Below are positions 1 through 11,900 of a DNA stretch of 64,000 nucleotides, piece after piece. The stretch covers positions 9,052,001-9,116,000 of the forward strand of contig NC_092671.1 in assembly GCF_964355755.1 (NCBI RefSeq), given 5' to 3'. Position 1 is the stretch's first letter; every line of letters starts with the position of its first letter. Position numbers and translations under genes: made by a program. The stretch is from Antedon mediterranea. Lineage: Eukaryota > Animalia > Echinodermata. The notes under the pieces were generated by a model. That model did not search any database. It was given only the letters and a program-made list of their open reading frames with translations, and was not told the DNA's origin.

Positions 1-1045
1 TTCTATTTATTTTTATTTTATCATTTATTTACACTTTTGCAAAAAAAAATCTATAAGACAAATGAATGTTTAATAATTGTATTTCAATTAAACATAGGTA
101 TTTAATTTCTTTTTTAAAAAAGAGATTCGTCTTTTTGATGATTCACTGTAAGTTTGTATGACTATGAGAAAGAATGTGGCACAGCTTGAGAAAGAGTTAT
201 AATAACTATTTTTTTTAATCTTATAGATTATTAGTGGACATTTTTATGGAATCATCATTTCCAATCAAAATTTGCTGCTGTTGGGAAAAGCAAAGTGATT
301 CCAGCAATGTAATATGAAGACGTATCAACTGTCTTTTTATTTGATAATATATAGGACAAGTAAACAATAATTGTAAGAAAGATTAATCCAGGGAGATATC
401 TCCCAGATTAGACTTACATTTGACTAAGCCTTGTTGTGAACAATATGAATGGTGCAATTTAAGTCTTCTGGTCTTCGAAGTGCAACTATATGTGCGTAGG
501 CTGATTTAGGACTGTTTGATCTTGCAATCATTAAAATTACAGATACCATTTTCCATTTTGTTGAGAGTTAGGCGGACTTTTATGGAAACAGTTCACTATT
601 TATCTCACTGGAACCTTAAAAAAAAATACAATAACAATTATTTTTTAGCCAGTTTGATATATTCCTACAAAAAGTTCATGGTCGACTGGTATGTTCAGTC
701 ACAGGCTTGTCCTACAAACAGGCTTAAACCTACCAATGCCAAAGCACTTGTGTGGAGCCTGGTGCTTCCCTTCTACTCACCCATTCATGCCTTCCATATG
801 TTATTGCCTGGACTTGCCAAGTTTCTAGTTATATCAGTGAAGCGTCACTTTTTCCTGGTTATATTGTCTTTAAAGTTGTTATTTTGTGATTTCAATTATT
901 TTTTTCTTACAAATACGTTGAATATTTTAAAATGAATACATTTTGACAATCAAGATTTAAAATGGTGACGTATCTATTTTAATATTCATCCCCATAAAAT
1001 AATATAGTTATTTATACATTTATTTCTCCATTCACTTGGTTCATC

Positions 1046-1074
1046 CATGGAGGTATAAATTGTATACCTCCATG
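1046..1074. mobile_element. 29-bp hairpin with 7-bp target-site duplication (putative DNA-transposon footprint)
   Basis: GTTCATC|CATGGAGGTATA-AATTG-TATACCTCCATG|GTTCATC: perfect 12-bp inverted repeat flanked by a direct repeat (1039-1045, 1075-1081). The boundary is slightly ambiguous because CATG also follows the right copy. Confidence 0.6.
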
Positions 1075-1596
1075 GTTCATCCATGCACAGTATATTTATC
1101 ATTTTGTTCATTTAATATTATATTATATTTACTTTCATTTATATATTTAATTCAACCAATCTATACATTCATCCCTTTTCATTAACAGAGTACCTATTCA
1201 TCAATTGGTTCTTTTATTCATCTACATTTCACATAGTATAATTAAGGTCATGCATAATGTTATCTAATATTTTTATGCATTTTTTATTCATTGGAATACA
1301 GTAGAATATTTTTATATACATTTAAGAAACATATATTTTATTATGAAATTTACAATAATTATTATTACAGTTATGAAATATTTAAATTATGATCTGATTT
1401 ATATAAATTTTTATAAAAATTATGTTTTCCCTTTTACGGTGGAACTGCAATGCACTCACAATTGAGATCGTGTGGTGTGTTTTTAGCATGAGTATTATTT
1501 TGTTGTATGAAAAAATATCTTGTGTGCAAGAAAGTAATTGAAATGCAAAATCTATTCCTTTTTTGTTGTCACTTATAATCAATTTAAAGAATCTAA

Positions 1597-1765
1597 CGGT
1601 AGAACGCCACTTCTTTGGGACAATCCTATTAAGGGGACATTTTCCTGTAAAGCAAACAAGAGGAAGTAATGTTACAGTATGTTTTAACACTACTGCTAAC
1701 CCATATTCAAGGGACATCTCTATTAAAGGACATCGGGTCTCGAAGGTGTCCTTGGGATTCAACTG
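1597..1765. mobile_element. Degenerate Tc1/mariner-type MITE
   Basis: Ends CGGTAGAAC...ATTCAACTG followed by TA, with internal repeated AAGGGGACA/AAAGGACA/TGTCCTT motifs. The left end is degenerate. Confidence 0.45.
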
Positions 1766-2678
1766 TATTGTAACTATTGCAAAATATTAAATCCAAAAAC
1801 AAGAAAAAGGCTCTAGAATAAATCAATATGTTTTATTACAGAATAAATTTATATTGCACAAACCCATATAATTTTGTAATAAAACAAAGGTGACCATGTA
1901 CTTAGGCAATATGTTATTTTCAGTGTGACTATTATTTATTAATTTTTATTAGCCTCTCTACTCGAACACAAATAAGAACACAAATAAGATACTAGTTTAA
2001 CAAGAATTAATCATGTATTTTACCGCCATTTTTCATTTCTACATTTTAATTAACATCGTATCTAAAATTTTAAATGAGAAAATATATGGTTAATACTGAA
2101 TTCTGGCATCTTATTATGTAAATATACCTGTATTTTAACTACTTTAAACACTTACTTTTAATTGTCACAAATGTACTTATATGTATATAATATATTCATC
2201 AATGAGAATTTAAGTAAACGTGAGAAGAACTCACACAAGACAAAAAATTTTTATTTTGACTTATTAATTGTTTTTCTACAAATAAAAGAAAGTGTTTTGG
2301 ATATATTTAATTATTGATATATATGACATTATGTTGTCATAAAATTAAATATTATAAGTACAATAATATTTAATAGGTAAATAAGTGATGTACATCTATC
2401 TCCAGGGTGAATAATATTAGCATATTGAATTTAAAAGCATAATTATTGTACTTTCTATATCTGTCATGTAATTGTTTCATATCAATAGCAATATCATTTC
2501 AGAGGATGGGGATTAAAAAATGTAAAGTAAACGATACATAAAACAACAAAAATGCACTAGTTGCGCGCCATACACAGACTTAGTAGCGCTCCCTCTCTCT
2601 GCTGGACGGCTGCTGTCATAAAAAACAATTTTGATAATTTTGGTAATATAATTCGTTTATATTATCGAAAATTATAAA

Positions 2679-5600
2679 ATGACTGAATCTGAAGATAGGA
2701 TAACCGATGATATAGACAGAGCTGATCTATTTGATTCAATTATTTGCGCTGAGGAAAGGTAAAATGATTCATGATTTAGTGTAGGCTTGCTAGCTAGGGA
2801 TTAGGGCCAGGCCTATCCTAAAATTTAGGCTAAATTAAGAAGGCTGGAGATTCCTCCTCCATTGTAATCTTGCTTGGTCTGGTCACTTCGTACTTATATC
2901 AGTAAGCCCTCTAGCGGTTTACCGGATTTATATGTCATCTTTACCACTTCTCGTGAACACTTTTTTGCGCCGCAGCTCTAGCCAGCTATGTCCCAGGAGG
3001 ACATATTCATTAATAAGCTGTTTCATAGCGGTAGCTTTAGTATCTAAGGCTGACAGTTTTGTGAATTTGGAAACTCGACTATAATTTATAGGTAGCTGCT
3101 GGACCCAAAAAACGTCTGGGAGAAGAGAGTCTATATGAAAGCCTTTGCTGATAATACAGTATTATTGAGATGTAGACGGAAATCTGTAAAATCTTGTTCA
3201 ATAAATAATAACTTCGTTTTTGCTGTCAACCAGGCTGGTGTTATAATAAGTCACTGTCAAATAATCATTCGATAATGGTCAAAACTTTATTTTGGCTCTG
3301 TCAACATAAAGGGAGGTATTTACAATGACTTTCTTTTGACTGTCAATCTAGGCCAATGTTATAATAATACGCCGTCAGATATTAAATCATTGAAACAGTC
3401 CTGGTAAATTTTTTTTTGGTTATCAGATGCCGTGGGAGGTGGGGGGGGGGGGGGGGGTCTAATCAATTATCGTCAGAAGGTGAACAATCAGTCTAGGTAG
3501 CAGCAGCAGATTATTATTAACGCCTGCTCCATTAATTAATCCAGAAAAAGGTTTGTACATTATCTATTTGTTTATTAGCCTTCTCCTAATACAATTATAT
3601 TTTCTTTAAAAAAAGGTTTTATAAGTGGTTTCAACATTTATGATAGTAATGTCACAGTTCTGTGTCTGGACGCAAGTTCATAGACCTACTAGTTATATTA
3701 TTCATATTAACTGATACTTACTCTTCATTTACCGTAAAGTTCAGATTTAATGAAATATATAATATAAATTGGCTTCGTAACAATTAGTTAGTGTTAGTTT
3801 TTTGGTGATAGGTGAAAATGACATGTAACTTCGTAATCAATTTATTTTTTTTGTATAAAGGCCCAATTACACTATGACGATAACGACGGACGATAAATAT
3901 ATAGCATGCATTTTTTTTACATAAACCAAAAGAAATTAGAAAGGTTTTCGTTCTAGACCTATAGGATAATCATTTATGCTGTCTTTGATAAAAATAATGT
4001 TTTTCAAATTCCAATCAAATGACGTCATGATAAATAAAAACAATAAAGTCGCTGTATTGTCACGATATTAATGGTCTTACTAATCATGACGTCATTTGAT
4101 TGGACGTGTGAAAATATAATTTTCATCAAAGGAATTGTTTATATTTCTTTTGGTTTATGTATTAAAAATGCATATTTGTCTATATCGTCGATCGTTATCG
4201 TCCTAGTGTATGGGCCTTATGCTGTAAATGTTTAATTAATTGATCATTCCGATTTTATTAGTTGGACTCTTGCACAGTTGCTGTCTAATCGTTGTTGTGT
4301 AATATCATTTCGAACCATATTAAAATCATAAAGAGATTCATATTCCTTAACATGTGGCTGTGCATGGAAGTCCGGTCTACAAAAACTCGGGCCCGGGATC
4401 ATTGTTATTGGGCCTGAAAGTGTTGGTGAATTCATAGTTATACTTAATATTATATATATAATTATATTATTATACAATTGAAAGCAAAACCCGTTGAATC
4501 TCAAATCATTAGGACTAGAAATTTGGCTTATCAATCAAATAAATACTTTCGTTCAAAATGAAACTCCAACCTCTCTAATCAAAAGATTGAACTCGAAAAC
4601 GGACCGTTTTTTGAATTGGGTATGTTGAAACATTTCAATTTTCATTAAAAAAAGTACATTAATTATGGTATTGATCAGTGGCTATAGAGGCGTAAAAACC
4701 CTCGGTCAATATCATGTAAAATGCACTGTGGAAGGGTCATTATTAAGACTGCAAAATTGGGCTTATCAACAACAAAATATTTTATTATTAGACGCGATAA
4801 CATCAAGGATAATCAGTATAATTATTAATATAGCCACTGTTACTAGTTTTATTCTACATGCTAAAGTAAATAAAAATCCACTAGAAAACAAACCAGTCTG
4901 AATGCTATGCTTATTAGCCATGTTATGTTTGTTACTGTAGGCCTATGATTGTTTGCAATGTCCACATATTATTTTCGTGGGCATATCCATAGTGTATCAC
5001 TCACAAAAAAGACGTGTGAGGTTCTTTCTTTAGATTTTGAAGAATGATTTGTGTTACAGGTTGACATGAGTCAAATGCTCAAGATATCGGCTAACGCCAT
5101 GGGACCCTTGGCTTATCAATGAATAATACAGTACTACTGTACTTTCGTTCAATTGAAATCAGAATCTGACCGTTTCATTAAATTGGGTGTGATTTGGCCT
5201 AAACATATAATAATTTATTAAAAAGGTACAATAAAAACAAATGCATCAGAGGCGTAAAGAACCCACGGCCAATATCATGTAAAATGTATATGGTATAAGC
5301 ACTGTGGAAGGGGTCATTATTATTAAACTGGAAATTCGGCTTATCAACAAATAAATACTTTCGTTTAAAATGTAAAATAAGACTGCAAAATTGGGCTTAT
5401 CAACAAATAAATACTTTCGTTCAAAATGTAAAATAAGACTGCACAATTGGGCTTATCAATAAATAAAATACTTTTTTTTCAAAATGTAAAATTAAGACTG
5501 GAAAATTGGGCTTATAAACAAATAAATACTTTTTTTTTCAAAATGTAAGAAAACATTTTTTAAATATAATCCTTAAGCTCTGTCTATACTATCAAACTAA

Positions 5601-7515
5601 ATATGATGTGCCCATATTATATAGACATGACGATGTCATATCACTACGATATTCGGGCATATCACTACCATATTTGGGCACATCACACTTTTTTTGTTAA
5701 ACTAGTTGGGACAGTGTAGACACAGAACTATGTGATCGAAACATAAGTCGGAATTGGACTGACGCGATTGATTTAATTGGGTATTTTTAGTAATGTAATG
5801 ATTCATTAAAAACTATAATACAGATACGCGTTTGGTATTGATCAATGGTGCAAAAAACCCTGAGAAATAATGTTATAACGCGATTTGGTGATAGCTTAGC
5901 AATAATACAACCCATATACTATTATTATAAATACCTATATTACAAATCCATTCATATAACTTTTCATCGCGAACCGAAAATGTATAAATGTTATTCTACA
6001 GACAGTAATTATATATTCAAAAGCCATATTATTATTATTATCAATACCTAAATGCGATAGTAATAACCACATAAACATACATTATTCCCAATACAAGTTT
6101 GTGCGTTTAATTCTAGAAAGAAACGACTGTGCTGACAGGCCAATGACATAAATCACAAGTAAAGTCCCAATTGTTCACTTGCGTTTTGATTGGCCGACCT
6201 ATTATATTAGATTAATGAAGGCTGTTCTTACAACTGTCCAGTCAAAAAGTTACGCGGCGTTTTTTGTAAGAAATATTTCTTGTTAATAGTAAATCGACTC
6301 AGAACATTTTAAACATTAAAAATTATAACATTGTTGGTAAATTTGGTTTATTTTGTTATGAATAGTGACATTTTTTAATGAAATACATGTCACATAGAAA
6401 GAAATTTAAAAAAAACCAGTCAGTAGGCTATTTAGTATTAATATAATAAATAATTAATTATACTATTATTACTAATACTTAATAGGGAAGGGTTTCTTGA
6501 TTCTTTTGAAGATGTGAAAAAAATGGCTTCTTAGTTGGCAAGAAAGAAGGGAAAGACAGAGGATTAAAAAATGGTTTTCAAAAGGGAATAGGTTTTGGAA
6601 AACAGGTCGGAGAAGAGATTGGCTTCTATCATGGGTTTGTCTTGACGTGGAAGAACATATTGGAAAAGAAAGATGAAAGGAACACAAGGTTTAATCACTA
6701 TTTGTCTGAAATAAATTAATAAATAAAGTAAAACTCTTGTTACAAAGAAATAGTTCATGGATTTAAATACTGTATATATTTTTACCAGAATCACAAGGCC
6801 CAACATATGATATTGTCTGTCAGATATAATAAAGCAAATTTGTACAAGATTATTTATAGTATAAAAATGATTGGATTGGATATTTGGATTTCCTTCTAAA
6901 CTTTTTCTTGATAAGATGTAACTGTTATCACAGGAGCCAAATATAGTTTGATAAATGCAGTGCTGATTTTGCATACTAGTCTACATTTTAGTTTATTCTT
7001 TTATCACAATTTTTTATCTGATTTTTTAAAATTCTATTTTGTTGCCAGGAAAATGAAGGCATTTGCCTCCTTACTTGGTATGTTAGAAGATTTTGACCTT
7101 TCGAACCCTTCAGTTGATGATTACATGGTAAAACTGACACAAATCAGATCAAAGTTCAAACAGGTTAGTACATAATGTGTTCAGGTTAAAGGTTAATTCT
7201 CCTAGGTATGCCATCCACACATTGACATAGAATCCTCGATTTGAATTGTTTTGAAGCAATTGCTACCAACATTACATTAACAATAAGAATAATTGACTGG
7301 TCATTCACACACTTTCAGTGATCTGTTCCCACATGTAAACAGCGAAGAGATCGGCTGATGATTATCTGCTTAAAACAACCCAGTTGCAAATAATGAGAAC
7401 TGTCAGGCTACTATATCTCTTGTTTTTTCAGGTTTCCTCTCTTCTTGGAGTTCAGTTACAACATGATGATGAAGATACAGAAAGAAGCAACCCACAACCT
7501 TTATTTTCATTTTGA
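2679..7515 (+). CDS. LTO1: Protein LTO1 / ORAOV1 homolog (ABCE1 maturation factor), 4 exons, 151 aa
   Basis: Exons 2679-2758, 6512-6688, 7049-7163, 7432-7515, all GT-AG and in phase. Translation MTESEDRITDDIDRADLFDSIICAEERCEKNGFLVGKKEG...GKQVGEEIGFYHGFVLTWK...RKMKAFASLLGMLEDF...IRSKFKQVSSLLGVQ...LFSF matches human LTO1 motifs as I recall them (DIFDAIVMADER, GxxxG repeats, GSEIGCYQGF, IRGKFKQFCSLL). Confidence 0.9.
3860..4216. mobile_element. MITE (PIF/Harbinger-like) in LTO1 intron 1
   Basis: TIRs GGCCCAATTACACTATGACGATAACGA / TCGTTATCGTCCTAGTGTATGGGCC with TTA on the right. Inner inverted pair TCCAATCAAATGACGTCATGAT (~4010) / ATCATGACGTCATTTGATTGGA (~4083). Confidence 0.65.
4520..5547. repeat. 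Local duplication plus ~54-bp tandem repeats in LTO1 intron 1
   Basis: AAATTGGGCTTATCAACAAATAAATACTTTCGTTCAAAATGTAAAATAAGACTG occurs about 4 times at ~5330-5547. The block GAGGCGTAAA..AATATCATGTAAAATG..GCACTGTGGAAGGG occurs at ~4688 and ~5250. Confidence 0.7.
5576..5729. mobile_element. Short MITE, AGCTCTGTCTACACT family (copy 1)
   Basis: Starts TTA|AGCTCTGTCTATACTATCAAAC and contains the ATCACTACCATATTTGGGCA motif. Related copies at ~35836, 38421, 47823 and 50923. Confidence 0.7.
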
Positions 7516-8994
7516 TAGTGTAGTTGAGGTACTCTGAAGACATTTTAAACATCAGGCCGATATTTGAAACTTTGGAAGAAATGTAAACCTTATATTGTCA
7601 TTTTTTTTTTTGCTATCTTTTAAATCAATTATAACATTGAGTTAAAATAGTAAGTAAGTATAGTTTTAATTTTGCTAAATTGTGTTATTGTTCTTCCGTT
7701 TCAGTGTTCTAAATGGTGGAATATAATTAATAACCAGATATTTCAAAAACGAAAGAAATGGTTTTGCTGGAAGCTGAATTATGACAACACGTCTTTCTTC
7801 TAGAAATGCTTTTTTCTAATTTTTACTTTCTAACAATTCCAAAAGTAAGTAACTTTTGTCAGTCCTCTGATACTCATTATTGGAAATTGTCTAAGCATGA
7901 CTGTGATCACGATAGCTTGATAACTTATGTAGTTATGAACAAATACAGTTATGAGGTGTTTTCCCGAATGATGAACATGAAATCAAAACGGTACTGGGTA
8001 AGATCAACTGGTGTTTTAGCCACCAATTCATAGAAGTACTGATGTGGTAGTATAACGGCGACCCTAGACATGACTAACCCTTGACTTATAGCTAATAGAA
8101 GATTGAAATATTATGGGTATAAATATGTTTTATAATCATGTCAAGAGTGTTTATATAGGCCTATATTTTAAAATAACAACAATATTTGTATAAAAAAAAT
8201 TGGGAGTTAATTTATTGATTAGAAATAAAAGCAATAAGATTATGGAGCAGCTATTCCTGAATATACAATACCAAGTACTGTAGTTTAAAATTAAAAGTTT
8301 TAGGCGATCTCGTCAAAGGTAAAGGTCCATAGCCTGCCACATTTCGATATTCAATATTAAAGTTTTAAAACTGAGGCAAAAATAATTTATATTATATATT
8401 TTATTATATATTTATTTTATATTGGTTTTATTTTAAATGAATGTAGTAGATTACTTGAAAGTTTCTCTAGGCCTCAAATTTGATATCAGACTTGATTATT
8501 GAAGAGATATTTTATCTACTTCATCTGAATTTAATAGTCATTTCATAATTGTATAAATATTAAGACGTATATAAGGACATCGAAATCTAATGCATGCTGA
8601 CAACGAGTGCCGATGAGAGTTTGTTGTGTAGAAGTTAAAACGGACAAATTCAATAAAATACAATAAAGAAGTTGCTAAAGTAAAATATTTGAAATATAAA
8701 GCTCTGTATTTATTTGTCTTTTTTCATGCTTTTATATAAAGTACTGTACACAGATACTGTGTAGTATAACATGCCAGTTCATTCTCAAGGCAATAATTAC
8801 CTGTATTTATAAATTGTTTACACACGTTCACTTGATAATACACCTTTGAAAATTTATTGCTCAAAAGTACCAGTACTGTACTAATATTTTATGAACGTCT
8901 TTTTGGTGTTAAAATGTAACTCTATACTGTATCAAATGATTGCTTTCTTTGCTAAGAAAAAGAAAGAAAACAAACTTTGATAATTTGTATGATG

Positions 8995-11900
8995 TCATTT
9001 GCTGTTTGTTTCTATCTGTACAGAAGAAAACTTGTGTGCCCCCGGTAGATGTTGAATACTATGTACCATAAGACACTCCAACTGTAATACCTGCCCATCC
9101 TCCCCTATATGAACCATAAATTGTGAAACACCTGTATTAGGACTTGTCCGTAATGCTTTTCCTTTTCCGCCAGGAATGATACAGCTCAAATCTTCCACAA
9201 AATGCCGAATCAGTTCTTTCAACAAAACCCCATGACTAACAATTAGTATATTTTCTCCATTAGGACTTGTTGCTGCACTTTTAGTTAAATTAAAAGGGCT
9301 ATAATGCTCTCCGTTTTTACCCGGGCTTTCAGGTGAGTCACTGCCATTTTTAGTTCTTTGGTTTGATTCCATCTGTATTTTGGCATCTTGTTTGCTTTGA
9401 ACGTCTTTTTCTCGTTTACCCCAGCATCCTAGACAAGTGCTTGCATCCAATCTGCCGCCTAATCCAAGGTATTTTTCTTTTGGACTACCAGGACTTTTGC
9501 TGGCAGTTTTTCCTTTATCAAAATGAGTCCATTTATAGAAACGGCTCTTAGCTCCGTTTCCATTACTACCATTAGTCTCTTCAGTTGTCTGTTTTTCAAT
9601 TTTTAATAACTGGTGAGTGCTTTGACACAAATTATGGAAGAACTCTGACGCCCTGCTTCGTACCTTAAAAAAGAAAAAGAATTATTAACACTACATTTGT
9701 CTTTTTTACTGTTTTATATGTTGTGTGTAATTGCATAAATTTTAAAGGGCATCATTATGGACAAATATGCACCCTACCTCTGGTAATGACTCTCCTCCTT
9801 CTGCTGTATAGTCTCTCAACTTTTTTCCTGCTTTCTCAGATGCATCTTTTAACAGACTAAATGATTTTCCTTCCATTTGTCCATAACTCTTTAAGTACAA
9901 CAAAACATACATAATTATTTTTTTAAATAAAATATTGTATATCCCAAGTGATCTGCTAAAATAAAAGTATTGGCGACACATTTTCCACCATGCACAAAGA
10001 AGTAGGCATATATGCCACACCCATTGTTTACTATACAGTAGATTCTCCTGATTTCTGTAGGCCTACAGTAATTAAAAATACTGTATCTCTATCGGGTTAA
10101 AGAGAGACAGACCTAGGCTTGTCATTTGGTCATGGGCAAATACAAGCATATAATTTAAAAGATAAAAATGGTATTTTACCCTTTCTCTGAGACGTAAATC
10201 TTGTAGAATTTTAAAAGGTTTTACACGGCTGTTTGCCTTGATGATTTCAGCTGTCTACAAAGTAAAAATATTTTAATATTAAATTTATTTTGAATGTCTG
10301 TTTCTACCATTCAGGTATTGTGATAGGTTGAACTATAACATCATTAGGTCTATTTCAATCCACTGTTTGAAAGCTCAACGATAACTACAGTACAGTAACT
10401 TATATATTGTAATATTGTAATTGTAATTGTAATTGTATATTGTAATATTGTAATCGTTTGAATTTACTGCTACACGTCACTTTTTCCTTATTCCTACTCC
10501 ATCTCTCCACTTAAATTATTTTACCCTCTGAACTAAATTTAAATTTCACAGTACCTGCATAGCACGTTTGAGGTCACTAACAAAAGCCTTTTTGAAGAGA
10601 ACATCTCTGAGGTAAATTCCTGCATGGATTGCTTGGCATTCTCCATCTTCTGACAAAGGTACATCTAATTGGCCTGTAAAATTAAATAATTAGTAATTTA
10701 CAAAAAAACGTGTTTGATACTGGTGCTTATACTGTACTATCAGAGCCCATTTATGTACAGTATACAGTAGTAGTATTTTGTGTGCTCTTGAGGATATTAG
10801 GGCTGTGTAATTGAATATTGGCAATTTGCCTAAGAAAATGATTCATAGAAAATAATTTGTCTATATTGTATAGCATAGGAATCTATGTACTGTACACAAT
10901 ATCCACACAGAGTTATCATTTACCTTTTCAAAGGCAACTACCAATTTTATTTAGTATTTCAGCAGAATTGTACAGTATAATTAAGATGGAAACTATAGAC
11001 TTCATTACTGTACAGGCTCTGTATAATATGTGGGCTAATTAAGGCCTTATTATTATTTGTAGGTTGAGAAAATATGACATTATCACATATTCTGATTTAG
11101 GAAATTAATTTTGAGGTCCTATCCTCCCAAAGGACTAGCATTGCCCTACTAAAGTACAGTAGTATCTTCGCACACATTTTAGGCTTTGAGCATTTTTAGT
11201 CATGTCATTGCACTCTATCTTCTCAGTAAAAGTATCCATGTCAAAGACTTTTTCATTTTTTGAAATCTGCGAATTAATGCAAATTTCTTGTTAATGTAAA
11301 GTTAATTTTAAAACTTCAGCATCCACTGCATGAACTTCCATCTTGTTGCAACCTGCCAGAAAATCTGTTATCTGTTACAAAACAGATTTAGGGATCGTTT
11401 TGTTAGTAGCAAGCAAGCCTTGTTTACGCACCTTTCATTCAAGAAGTGTGCCACTGTTTTGAAAGTGTAGCGTCCAAATAAATGATTATTAACGGTATAT
11501 TATCTTTAGACTACACAACATGTAGCACTATTCATACAAAAATGTGTGTGGCTGTAATGTACAGTCATTTTTAAATAATGAACAATATTTGGCCTAGATA
11601 TTGTGTTAATTCTTAGGTTTAATGACTACAGTAGTCACTAGTTAACTGAGTAATACTGTATTTTTATTATAAAATCGGTAGGGAAATTTCGGTGTGTTGT
11701 ATGATGTGTTGTGTAAAATGCAGTACTCGGTACAATGTTCACCAAAAACCATACTTTAACAATTTATTATATATAGTATACGGACATATAGAGGAGTAGA
11801 GCAAAATCATAGTAAAATATTTTTGAATGAAGATCAAAAAAGGGACAGTCATCATCACTCAGCAATTTTCACATTTCCTGCTCTGAACACTTAAGTTTCT

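Noticed and set aside
516-935. 139-aa ORF
   Set aside because: Non-ATG start, AT-biased composition and no recognisable domain; the region looks like UTR or intergenic DNA.
7164-7175. LTO1 ending at the in-frame intronic stop (KQVST*)
   Set aside because: The downstream exon 7432-7515 supplies the conserved SLL...LFSF C-terminus.
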